A DNA stretch of 64,000 nt from Eubacteriales bacterium (GTDB lineage: Bacteria; Bacillota; Clostridia; Oscillospirales; CAG-272). The notes beneath the pieces were generated by a model. The model was given only the letters and a program-made list of their open reading frames with translations. It searched no databases and had not been told where the DNA came from. The stretch is from the NCBI GenBank assembly GCA_045656985.1, contig JAZOSH010000017.1:17886-81885 (forward strand). The letters are read 5' to 3'. Every line of letters starts with the position of its first letter. Within the stretch, counting starts at the first letter, position 1. Both the position numbers and the translations under genes were made by a program. Below are positions 50,230 through 58,575 of the stretch, one piece after another.

Positions 50230-51615
50230 TTACTTTTTATTTTTTCTTTTGAATATCTTGCTTCTGAAAAGAATTATATTCATTAAAGTAAAGAATGCAA
50301 CAAATATTATAAGTGTCATAATTGGCTTTACAGGAGCAAGTGTAGCAAGGAACATCATTGGGAATCCAAAGATTATTGCGGGAAAATTCTGATAGACCAT
50401 ATTATCTGCCGCCGGAGTTTTGAAATCTTTATCAATCTCACGAAGAAGAATTGTTCCTGTGCTTGCTGTACCTGTAAGCATTCCATACATCATAAGGAAC
50501 TGCTGCTGACTATACTTCGGGAATAGTGTCTTGGCAACAATAAGATTATAGATATAAGTGATGACAAGACCAACAATACCAAGAATGAGCATAATTCCCC
50601 AGTAATTCTCAAGTATATCAAGTCTTATTGCTGCAATTCCCGCGACAACCATTATATCAAAGAAGAAGTTACTTACTCTCGTAAGAAGGAAGTTGTTGGT
50701 ATATTCCTTTTTAACAAACTTTATCTTCTTTAAAACATTGAATACAAGTTTAACAAGTGTAGCAGCAAGGACACCAAGCAAGAAGTTAAAGCCGTAGATT
50801 ACCGATTTCATTCCTGGAAGAAGTGAACCAAGAAATGCCATAAGTCCATATGCAAGAATATAAGCAACGGCAACAAGTGCAAACTGAATTGTCATCTTAT
50901 CTATGCTCTCCTGCATAGGTATCTCATTCTGCTCCTCAATATCAGTCATATTGAGTGTAGCCTCATTGTCATCGTATTTTCTGATTCTTGACTTTTTCTT
51001 AATAATGTTAAGGTGAATAACACCTCCTATACTTGCGCTGAGGAAGCCAAGAGCAGCTATTGTAAGGCCAAAGCTCTTTCCGCCGTCAAAACCGAAATCG
51101 GTTTCGTATATTGTTCCGTAATTCAGCGCCTGGCCTGTTCCCTGTCCATATCCGAAGGGCAGAAGAACACCTGCTGCGGGAAAGAAATCAGCTATAATAA
51201 GAGCAGCTATTAGCGTAATTCCAAAGCCTAAAATAGCTTGTAAAAGATATGTAGCTACTGTTGTAACTCCGGTGTTAAAAATCTCTGTAACCCTTTTTTT
51301 AGAAAGCTTATTTTTAGAGCTTTTTAGGGTGGATGCAATAAATCCAAGTGCTAAAGTATGATATGTAATTATCTCAAGATTCGCCATCCCGTTTCCACCA
51401 AATATCTGTGTGTTAAAAAATATCTCACCTGTTATTGCATTGAATATTGCTGAAACGATGAGAAGAATTCCGCCTCCGATTACCGATGTAGGAATAAGCG
51501 AGTTTTTGAGGAAAGGAACGGTTTTTCTCAATACATTACCTAAAAGCAGGCTTCCAAGAATAGCAGCGAAGATCATTATAAAGCCCCATACATTAGAGTC
51601 CCAAAAATTTGACAT
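50230..51615 (-). CDS. gltS: Sodium/glutamate symporter-like (GltS/ESS family) transporter
   Basis: 461 aa polytopic. N-terminus ...LLLGNVLRKTVPFLKNSLIPTSVIGGGILL is GltS-like. SD AAAGGAG. Start overlaps the upstream gene by 23 nt. Confidence 0.55.
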   Translation of the reverse strand: MSNFWDSNVWGFIMIFAAILGSLLLGNVLRKTVPFLKNSLIPTSVIGGGILLIVSAIFNAITGEIFFNTQIFGGNGMANLEIITYHTLALGFIASTLKSSKNKLSKKRVTEIFNTGVTTVATYLLQAILGFGITLIAALIIADFFPAAGVLLPFGYGQGTGQALNYGTIYETDFGFDGGKSFGLTIAALGFLSASIGGVIHLNIIKKKSRIRKYDDNEATLNMTDIEEQNEIPMQESIDKMTIQFALVAVAYILAYGLMAFLGSLLPGMKSVIYGFNFLLGVLAATLVKLVFNVLKKIKFVKKEYTNNFLLTRVSNFFFDIMVVAGIAAIRLDILENYWGIMLILGIVGLVITYIYNLIVAKTLFPKYSQQQFLMMYGMLTGTASTGTILLREIDKDFKTPAADNMVYQNFPAIIFGFPMMFLATLAPVKPIMTLIIFVAFFTLMNIILFRSKIFKRKNKK

Positions 51616-52825
51616 TATTTTCTCCTTTCATCATCTGATTTCTATGTCTGTGATATATATTTACATATTTGAGAGCATTAAAATGCTTATCGCCCTTGAG
51701 CTGATATACATGCTTGTTATGATATATATTGAGCTTGTTTCTGCCGAGAACAGAAAGAGCCATAGTCTCCTCAAAGAGAAATACTATTTCATCTTCGCTT
51801 CCCTCGTCAACAACTATCCTGTCTCCGTAAAGTGATATGATGCTCTCTTTTCGTAGAAGTTCTTTGTTTTTATAGACAATAACCTCTGAAAGTTGTGCTG
51901 TATCTCGATAGATTGGCTTATCAATATATTCGGTTGCATTGAGCTGATTTACAAAATCATTCTGGTATTCGTACCAATCATTTACAAACTTGAATGGGAA
52001 GCTTTGCTCTATACCTTCAAATTCCTTTGTGGGAAGATAGCGGGCTGCCAATCCGCATTTTTTACATTTAACAGTATCTCCATGACTTTCGAAGGTAGAA
52101 AGCCCGCATTCAGGGCAAACATAGAATACTCTTTCAAGGTATTCAGCATTTTTCTTTGAGTAGTAAAATCCGTCAACACACGCCTCATTTACATAAAGCT
52201 CTTTTTGAACCATCTCATATATCTCGTCATTTGACATTTCGGCATATTCTTCAGGCTCAACAACACGGGAGACATATCCACGCATCTTTCCCTTTCTGAT
52301 TTTATCACACCATCTGGGCTGAACTCCGTAGCCGCCCTCAAGACGGTAAAAAGCGAGGGGCAGATTGAGCTTTTTAATAAGCATGGATATTGACGGGTTC
52401 ATATATTCAGTCTTGCCGCTGTATGTTCTGTTTCCCTCGGGAGCAATAGCTATTGTTCCTCCCTCCTTGGCAACACGAATACAGTTAATAACCGCGTGAA
52501 CATCTGTAGTCTGTTTTTTTATCGGGATAGGAGCTACAGCATATTTTATGAGAGAAGATACCCAGCCATTTGAGAATATATCCTCCGTCGCTACATAATA
52601 TACGGGCCCATTGAATGCCATTCCAACAAAGAACTGATCAAAAACCGTCTGATGATTGAGAAGAATAAGGTAAGATCTTTTACCTTGATCCTTGAACTTC
52701 TCTATCTTTACGCCATATTTTATAACAGCAAAAGGCTTGAGGACCACATAAGCTAAATTTCTTATCACTCTGTGACGAAACCTAGTCCACTGCTTTTGCT
52801 TCTTCTTTTTGTTTTGCTCTTTCAT
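51593..52825 (-). CDS. PlsC-family acyltransferase with C-terminal zinc-ribbon-containing extension
   Basis: ATG 52825 after GGAGGA. HX4D motif LLNHQTVFD. PEGNRT box. CPECG...CKKCG zinc ribbon. Confidence 0.75.
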   Translation of the reverse strand: MKEQNKKKKQKQWTRFRHRVIRNLAYVVLKPFAVIKYGVKIEKFKDQGKRSYLILLNHQTVFDQFFVGMAFNGPVYYVATEDIFSNGWVSSLIKYAVAPIPIKKQTTDVHAVINCIRVAKEGGTIAIAPEGNRTYSGKTEYMNPSISMLIKKLNLPLAFYRLEGGYGVQPRWCDKIRKGKMRGYVSRVVEPEEYAEMSNDEIYEMVQKELYVNEACVDGFYYSKKNAEYLERVFYVCPECGLSTFESHGDTVKCKKCGLAARYLPTKEFEGIEQSFPFKFVNDWYEYQNDFVNQLNATEYIDKPIYRDTAQLSEVIVYKNKELLRKESIISLYGDRIVVDEGSEDEIVFLFEETMALSVLGRNKLNIYHNKHVYQLKGDKHFNALKYVNIYHRHRNQMMKGENNVKFLGL

Positions 52826-52913
52826 GATTTTCCTCCGAAACACAAGGAAATTTTTCTAAATAAAATTATATCATAAAATTGTGGACAAATCAACAATTTT
52901 AGCAATTATTATG

Positions 52914-53657
52914 TTAAAGTCGATATTTTTTTCTTAATCTGCTTACATAATTTGGATCACTATATCCAAATATCTCTGCAGCTTCATAAAGCTTGAGATT
53001 TTCCCTTTTCATGATGTCTTTTATCTTTGAAAGTTTTGTGAAATTAACAAATTTCATAAACGATATTCCGTTAGCTTTTTTAAAGACGGCGCATAGATAT
53101 TCGGGAGTTATTCCAAGCTTTTCGGCAACATCTCTCTGTGTTATCGACTCATACAGGTGTGAATATACATACTCCTTTGCCTTATCGGCATACACAGATG
53201 CTCTCATTCTCCCGGGGTGTGTACTTTGTTTTGAACACTCTGAAATAAGCTCAAGAAACATTCCCGATAAAGTCAATTCATCCTCGGGATACAGTGTATA
53301 TAATTGAATAATTTTGTCTATAAGCTCATGGCAGTGTTGATATTCAGAAAATGTAAGAGTTTCGGGCAAAGCTAAAGTATCCTTATCGTTATTTTCTACT
53401 ATGTCATATTCAAGGGTGAAGCAGACAGTATGATGCTCATGAAAACGCGGGGTAGAAATTCTTGTTTCCTTATCAAAAATATTACAAGAAATAGTGTATT
53501 TACTTTTAGATACCGCGTTAACTGTCATCTCACCTTTAGAGATATAACTTATCTCTATTCTATTGTTACGTACAGGTAGAGCTTTCTCGTATTTTTCGGC
53601 ACCAAAGGAATGTGCGAAAAGTATTTTAGGTATTGTTTTAATCTTAATATATTTCAT
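52914..53657 (-). CDS. AraC-family transcriptional regulator
   Basis: C-terminal AraC HTH (...ITQRDVAEKLGITPEYLCAVFKK...GYSDPNYVSRLRKK). Divergent from the next gene. Confidence 0.85.
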   Translation of the reverse strand: MKYIKIKTIPKILFAHSFGAEKYEKALPVRNNRIEISYISKGEMTVNAVSKSKYTISCNIFDKETRISTPRFHEHHTVCFTLEYDIVENNDKDTLALPETLTFSEYQHCHELIDKIIQLYTLYPEDELTLSGMFLELISECSKQSTHPGRMRASVYADKAKEYVYSHLYESITQRDVAEKLGITPEYLCAVFKKANGISFMKFVNFTKLSKIKDIMKRENLKLYEAAEIFGYSDPNYVSRLRKKYRL

Positions 53658-53796
53658 AGTTCCTCACCTCGTATTAATAAGAATATTTTATCAATATATC
53701 TTAATTTTGTCAAGATAATCTTAATATCGTGTATTGAAGTATTTGCTGAGTCGTTATATACTTAACTAGACAGTAATTTATTGTGGAGGTTCTATA

Positions 53797-54921
53797 ATGA
53801 AGCTTTTTGATACACATACCCTTGAGATTGAAAAACCTATTAAAAGTCCCTTTCTCAACATAATAGACATCTACCAGGATGGAACAACACCTATGTACCG
53901 CGATACAGACGGCAAGCTTTGGGCTATGAGCGGTCACTCACACAAGGGACACATCGCAATGTTTTGCGGCACAAGTCTTGACGATATGAAATATATGTAT
54001 CGCATAGAGACAAGCTTTTGCGTAGGTAACGCAGAGTATGCCTTCTCGGGCATAAAATATCCCGAAGGTGTTAAGGCGCGCGGAAGCATCTGGCCTTTTG
54101 GACTTTATATCTGCCCAGGAACGCACAGATTTTTTTGTTTGTTCCATAACGAGACTGGTTGGAACGGCAAGGGTACGGCATATGATTCCTTTGGATACTG
54201 CGAAACGCCTCATTTTGACTCGGATTTCCGTCACATAGGACTTATGCACTCGGACGATGAGGGAAAGAACTGGGTATTTGACCGTTGGGTGCTCACGGCA
54301 AATCATGTTTGCTTTACAGAAAAATTTATCCCCGACGGCATAAACGCTATCGGTCAGAAAGCGGGATCTATCGGTCTTGGTAGCGGAGACTTTTCATTCT
54401 TTGTCGAGCCTGACGGAGACTATATGTATCTTATTTATAACATCGCACAGGTCAATATGGACAAGGGCGTATGGGAGCATTGTGATACCTACATAGCGCG
54501 CACACGTAAGCGTACAGACGGTGTTATGGGTGATTTTGTAAAATACTATGACGGTGCCTTCTGCGAAGCAGGAAACCTCGGTCGCGAATCTATAATTATT
54601 CATAATACATGGCATACAAGAGTAGTTTATTCTGAAAAATATCATCTTTTCTTTGCAACCTCCTCCCCTCTCTCAACAGAGGATGAAAGGGCTTTCCCTG
54701 CTGATATTATGGAGCTTCGCACAAGTAATGATATGCTTAATTGGAGCGCTCCTATTACCATTGAATATGACGGAAAGCTTTTTGGAAATCACTATATGGC
54801 AATAGTTTCCGATGATGAGGGCGTACAGCCAAATATCGTGCTGGGAGATAACTTCTCGATACTTACTAACCACAACGGCACCGACGTTATGAGATATAAG
54901 GCAAAGATAATTGAAAAGTAA
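53797..54921 (+). CDS. Cytoplasmic Asp-box (BNR) beta-propeller-like protein, probable glycoside hydrolase of unknown family
   Basis: 374 aa with no signal peptide. Asp-box HSDDEGKNW and a degenerate TSNDMLNW. Confidence 0.5.
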   Translation: MKLFDTHTLEIEKPIKSPFLNIIDIYQDGTTPMYRDTDGKLWAMSGHSHKGHIAMFCGTSLDDMKYMYRIETSFCVGNAEYAFSGIKYPEGVKARGSIWPFGLYICPGTHRFFCLFHNETGWNGKGTAYDSFGYCETPHFDSDFRHIGLMHSDDEGKNWVFDRWVLTANHVCFTEKFIPDGINAIGQKAGSIGLGSGDFSFFVEPDGDYMYLIYNIAQVNMDKGVWEHCDTYIARTRKRTDGVMGDFVKYYDGAFCEAGNLGRESIIIHNTWHTRVVYSEKYHLFFATSSPLSTEDERAFPADIMELRTSNDMLNWSAPITIEYDGKLFGNHYMAIVSDDEGVQPNIVLGDNFSILTNHNGTDVMRYKAKIIEK

Positions 54922-54924
54922 AAG

Positions 54925-54956
54925 AAAGCAGGAGATTTATTTCTCCTGCTTTTTTA
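54925..54956. terminator. Bidirectional terminator
   Basis: AGCAGGAGA-TTTATT-TCTCCTGCT with TTTTT on the plus strand and TTTCTTTT on the minus strand. Confidence 0.88.
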
Positions 54957-55203
54957 TGTCAAGCCGTATCGTGTCGACTATTATTGAAATGAGAGTGAAT
55001 ATCTCGCAAAGTATTCCGCCTATAGAGAAGACGAGTACGTCGTATACGAGCCACGCGGGTGAACGGATAAATCCAAGTCTGCGGATAGCTTTGGGATACA
55101 ACGAAAAACTTATTACCTGATAAAGAAAATTTTACTGCGGTATCAACATGGGTGTTTCTATATTCTCCGCTATTTGCCACTAACTGCATCTTTATTTTGT
55201 GTA

Positions 55204-55232
55204 ATTATAATACGGGGATACATACTTGTCAA
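55204..55232 (-). promoter_or_regulatory. Orphan perfect sigma-A promoter (TTGACA, 17 nt spacer, TATAAT)
   Basis: Minus-strand TTGACA at 55232-55227 and TATAAT at 55209-55204. No annotated gene downstream. Confidence 0.65.
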
Positions 55233-55254
55233 TATGCTGCAAAGATGCTAATAA

Positions 55255-55289
55255 ATGTAAAAAAAATAGGCCCGGAAAATCCGGGCCTA
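55255..55289 (-). terminator. Intrinsic terminator after the GNAT gene
   Basis: TAGGCCCGG-ATTTT-CCGGGCCTA, followed by a T-run (minus-strand reading). Confidence 0.88.
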
Positions 55290-55313
55290 GGAAGGTATTA
55301 AAGGTGTATATAT

Positions 55314-55862
55314 TTATCTGAGACATTCGTAGAACTCGTAATTAACATAGCCGTGAACTCCTTCTAATGCTCCGGGTACAAGCTCTTGGATCATCAGACA
55401 ATCGGGATGTGGCAATCCCACGCTATCATCAGCAAATATTCCATAATCTGCAGATGTTGCAAATCCTCTCGGACGGTAATTTCGCGGATCACCCTCAACC
55501 ATACACAGCGTGTATCCTAATTTCTTTGCTTTGTCAAGGCCGTATTCGATGAGATCCTTGGAAATATGTTGACGCTGTAATTCTGTTTTTACGGATACAG
55601 GGCTAAGAAGCAGTAATTCATTTTCATATTTTCCTTCGATATGAAAGCGCGAAAATAAAACGTGGCCTATGATTTCTCTGTACTCATTGACCATGATCAG
55701 ATCTAATTCGGGAATGTAATATTTTTTAGAACGAATTTCAGATAATAAATTTCGGACCAAGCGTCCGTTTTCTGCATTTTCCGAATCGGTAAACACCTTC
55801 TCAACAAAGTCAAGCGTACTATTTATTTCAGTGTTTGTTACCTTTTCTATAAATCTTTTCAT
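55314..55862 (-). CDS. GNAT-family N-acetyltransferase
   Basis: ATG 55862 after GGAGAA; the track ORF runs on to 55958 through a terminator. Acetyl-CoA motif region LQRQHISKDLIEYGLDKAKKLGY. Confidence 0.8.
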   Translation of the reverse strand: MKRFIEKVTNTEINSTLDFVEKVFTDSENAENGRLVRNLLSEIRSKKYYIPELDLIMVNEYREIIGHVLFSRFHIEGKYENELLLLSPVSVKTELQRQHISKDLIEYGLDKAKKLGYTLCMVEGDPRNYRPRGFATSADYGIFADDSVGLPHPDCLMIQELVPGALEGVHGYVNYEFYECLR

Positions 55863-55920
55863 TTTGTGTTCTCCATTAATTTGTGTCGTTATTTTGTTAT
55901 GATTCTCTACAACTGAAAAA

Positions 55921-55952
55921 GGGCATAAAAATAACACACCCGAGTGTGTGTA
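55921..55952 (-). terminator. Leader terminator/attenuator hairpin upstream of the GNAT gene
   Basis: Minus strand: ACACAC-UCGG-GUGUGU, then UAUUUUUAU. About 60 nt before the GNAT start. Confidence 0.55.
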
Positions 55953-56113
55953 GCACAAATATCAGGCTATAAAACGGTGCGACAACAAAGAGGTATGACT
56001 ACCCCATTGAATTTGTCTTAGCCCTTATTCAGTTCAATTATTGATTACCTCATTATTCACAATTATCTTATTTTCTCCTTTTCTCTTCTGCATTTGCAGG
56101 TTGTTTTTTTATG

Positions 56114-56142
56114 ATTATATCACAAATTATTTGTTACTTCAA
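56114..56142 (-). promoter_or_regulatory. Sigma-A promoter (TTGAAG, 17 nt spacer, TGaTATAAT) for the GNAT leader
   Basis: Minus-strand TTGAAG at 56142-56137 and extended -10 TGATATAAT ending at 56114. Confidence 0.6.
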
Positions 56143-56369
56143 GGGCTTAAACATAATAAAATACAATGTATTACCAATTTATCACATCACGAGAAAGGGG
56201 ACAACTTGAACATGTTTCGCTTCTCTCAACTCCGAGTTTCTCACGGTGGTTAAACTCCGCTGTTTGCTTCGCAAAACGACAAACATCGGGCCCGCCGTAT
56301 TTTGTTTGATGAAAGAATAAAGTTTAGCTGGCGGTGGACGAGTTCTACGAGCTAATTTCATACCAAAAC

Positions 56370-56399
56370 AAAAACGGAGTTCAATTGAACTCCGTTTTT
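56370..56399. terminator. Terminator downstream of tRNA-Leu (symmetrical)
   Basis: AAAAACGGAGTTC-AATT-GAACTCCGTTTTT. Confidence 0.88.
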
Positions 56400-56403
56400 G
56401 TTT

Positions 56404-56487
56404 TGGTGCGAGAAACGGGACTTGAACCCGTACGGTGTAACCACACGCCCCTCAAACGTGCGCGTCTGCCAGTTCCGCCACTCTCGC
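56404..56487 (-). tRNA. tRNA-Leu (anticodon GAG), class II, CCA encoded
   Basis: Minus strand GCGAGAGTGGCGGAACTGGCAGACGCGCACGTTTGAGGGGCGTGTGGTTACACCGTACGGGTTCAAGTCCCGTTTCTCGCACCA. Folds into a cloverleaf by hand: anticodon loop TTGAGGG, long variable arm, T-loop TTCAAGT. Confidence 0.95.
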
Positions 56488-56515
56488 GTGATGTCGTTTT
56501 CGCGACAACGATATT

Positions 56516-56543
56516 ATTATACTACTTTTTTCCTAAATGTCAA
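56516..56543 (-). promoter_or_regulatory. Sigma-A promoter of tRNA-Leu (TTGACA, 16 nt spacer, TATAAT)
   Basis: Minus-strand TTGACA at 56543-56538 and TATAAT at 56521-56516. Confidence 0.75.
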
Positions 56544-56637
56544 TACCTTTTTTGAAAAAAAATAAAAAATATTTTTTAGCAAATTATTTTATCCTGTTTT
56601 CATATAATATAAGGTATTTTCAAGCGAGGTAATACAT

Positions 56638-57228
56638 ATGAAAGGTGTAAATATTAAACTTGGATTCTTCCCTACAATGTTTCTCATTGTGCTTCTTATC
56701 GCAAAAGATTACTATGCTCTCATTTCTCTTTTTGCAGTAGTAGTACATGAAGTAGGCCATATCCTCGCTGCACGAGTTTTTAAAATAAAGCTATCAGAAT
56801 TTTCCTTTGAGCTTCTTGGCGCACGCCTTAAAATATCGGAAGGAATTTACTCATACACTCAGGAAATATTTCTTTGCCTTGCGGGTCCGTTATTTAATTT
56901 CTTGTCTGTATTAATTGTGATTATTTTCTTTAACAGTAAAGCTTCTGAAAGCTTTATTCTTCTATCTCTGTGTTACGGATTACTTAATTTGCTACCGATA
57001 CGCAGCTTTGATGGCGGTAGAATTTTTGAATCATTATTGCTGTTATTTATCCCTATAACAATAGCTGAAAAAATTCTTGATTTAGCCTCCTTTATCTTCC
57101 TTTTCTCCCTTTGGTGCATCTCTGTATATTTTCTTCTTATATACTCCTCATCATTAAGTCTTTTTGTTTTTTCAGCCTCTCTCTTTTCTAATCTTTTCAT
57201 TTCAGGAGAAAACACGAGATTTTCATAA
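56638..57228 (+). CDS. Site-2 protease (peptidase M50) family, short SpoIVFB-like form without CBS domain
   Basis: HExxH inside a TM (VVVHEVGHILAA) and NLLPIRSFDGGRI (NxxPxxxxDG) motif. 196 aa, polytopic. Confidence 0.75.
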   Translation: MKGVNIKLGFFPTMFLIVLLIAKDYYALISLFAVVVHEVGHILAARVFKIKLSEFSFELLGARLKISEGIYSYTQEIFLCLAGPLFNFLSVLIVIIFFNSKASESFILLSLCYGLLNLLPIRSFDGGRIFESLLLLFIPITIAEKILDLASFIFLFSLWCISVYFLLIYSSSLSLFVFSASLFSNLFISGENTRFS

Positions 57229-57453
57229 GAATATGGGAGATTTTTGCAGAATTTTATAAAATAAATCAGCTTTTATCAAAATAATACTGTTTTATTGGAT
57301 TTTTTCACGAAATTTTGAAAAAATTTATTATTTATATTGCATTTTGTACGATTATCTGTTACAATAGTCGCAAGGCTATAAAAGTTGATGCTTTTTTGAC
57401 CTGTTTTTTTAATTTTAAAACAATATTTTCTATTCAAGGGGTATTGATGCATA

Positions 57454-58575
57454 ATGAAGACAAAACTCATCGAATTGAAAAATATCTGCAAAGCATTTGA
57501 CGGCGAGCAGGTACTCTCAAACATCAATCTTTACATTAACGACAAGGAATTTATAACACTTCTGGGACCTTCGGGTTGTGGAAAGACTACCACTCTGCGT
57601 ATCATCGGCGGATTTGAAACGCCTGATGAGGGAGAGGTCATATTCGGCGGAACAAAAATAAATGATGTTCCTGCCTATAAGCGCAATGTGAATACTGTTT
57701 TCCAGAAATATGCGCTCTTTCCCCATCTCAATGTTTATGACAATATTGCTTTCGGTCTTCGCATATCAAAAGTCGCGGAGCCCGAGATAAGAACAAGAGT
57801 TACCGAGATGCTTGAGCTCGTTAACCTTAAAGGCTTTGAAAGACGAAATGTTACTATGCTCTCCGGAGGACAGCAGCAGCGCGTTGCTATTGCCCGCGCG
57901 CTTATCAATCATCCTAATGTACTCCTTCTTGATGAGCCACTTGGTGCGCTTGACCTCAAGCTCCGCAAGGACATGCAGAACGAGCTTAAGAACATTCAGC
58001 ACAAAACAGGCATTACCTTTATATATGTAACCCACGACCAGGAGGAGGCACTTTCGATGTCCGATACCGTTGTTGTTATGGCAGACGGTAAGATTCAGCA
58101 GATTGGTACGCCTATTGACATCTATAATGAGCCTGTTAATGCATTCGTTGCAGACTTTATCGGTGAATCAAATATTCTTGACGGTGTTATGCTTCGTGAC
58201 TTCAGCGTTAAGTTCGCATCACACACATTTGAGTGTCTTGACAAGGGCTTTGCGCCCAATGAGGCAGTTGATGTTGTCGTACGACCCGAAGATGTTGATG
58301 TTGTACCTGTTGAAAAAGGCATGCTTTCGGGCCTTGTTACCTCTGTGACATTCAAGGGTGTTCACTATGAAATAATAGTTGACATCGACGGATTTAAATG
58401 GATGATACAGTCTACAGACTATGTTGCGCCTGACTCAACTATAGGTGTTTACATAGAGCCTGATGCAATACATATAATGAAAAAATCCGAATATTCCAAT
58501 ATGTTCGGTGACTATTCCACCTTTTCTGACGAGATGGACCATCTTTCCGATATTGTTGAGGAGGATGAAGAATGA
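57454..58575 (+). CDS. potA: Spermidine/putrescine ABC transporter ATP-binding protein
   Basis: Walker [37 protein letters not shown]-terminal TOBE-like domain. Confidence 0.9.
   Translation: MKTKLIELKNICKAFDGEQVLSNINLYINDKEFITLLGPSGCGKTTTLRIIGGFETPDEGEVIFGGTKINDVPAYKRNVNTVFQKYALFPHLNVYDNIAFGLRISKVAEPEIRTRVTEMLELVNLKGFERRNVTMLSGGQQQRVAIARALINHPNVLLLDEPLGALDLKLRKDMQNELKNIQHKTGITFIYVTHDQEEALSMSDTVVVMADGKIQQIGTPIDIYNEPVNAFVADFIGESNILDGVMLRDFSVKFASHTFECLDKGFAPNEAVDVVVRPEDVDVVPVEKGMLSGLVTSVTFKGVHYEIIVDIDGFKWMIQSTDYVAPDSTIGVYIEPDAIHIMKKSEYSNMFGDYSTFSDEMDHLSDIVEEDEE

Noticed and set aside
56321-56400. Possible T-box element (GCTGGCGGTGGACGAG followed 25 nt later by a terminator hairpin).
   Set aside because: The match to the T-box consensus (GGGTGGTACCGCG) is poor. 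The hairpin is self-contained rather than competing with an antiterminator. No plus-strand gene follows, and the hairpin is better explained as the tRNA-Leu terminator.
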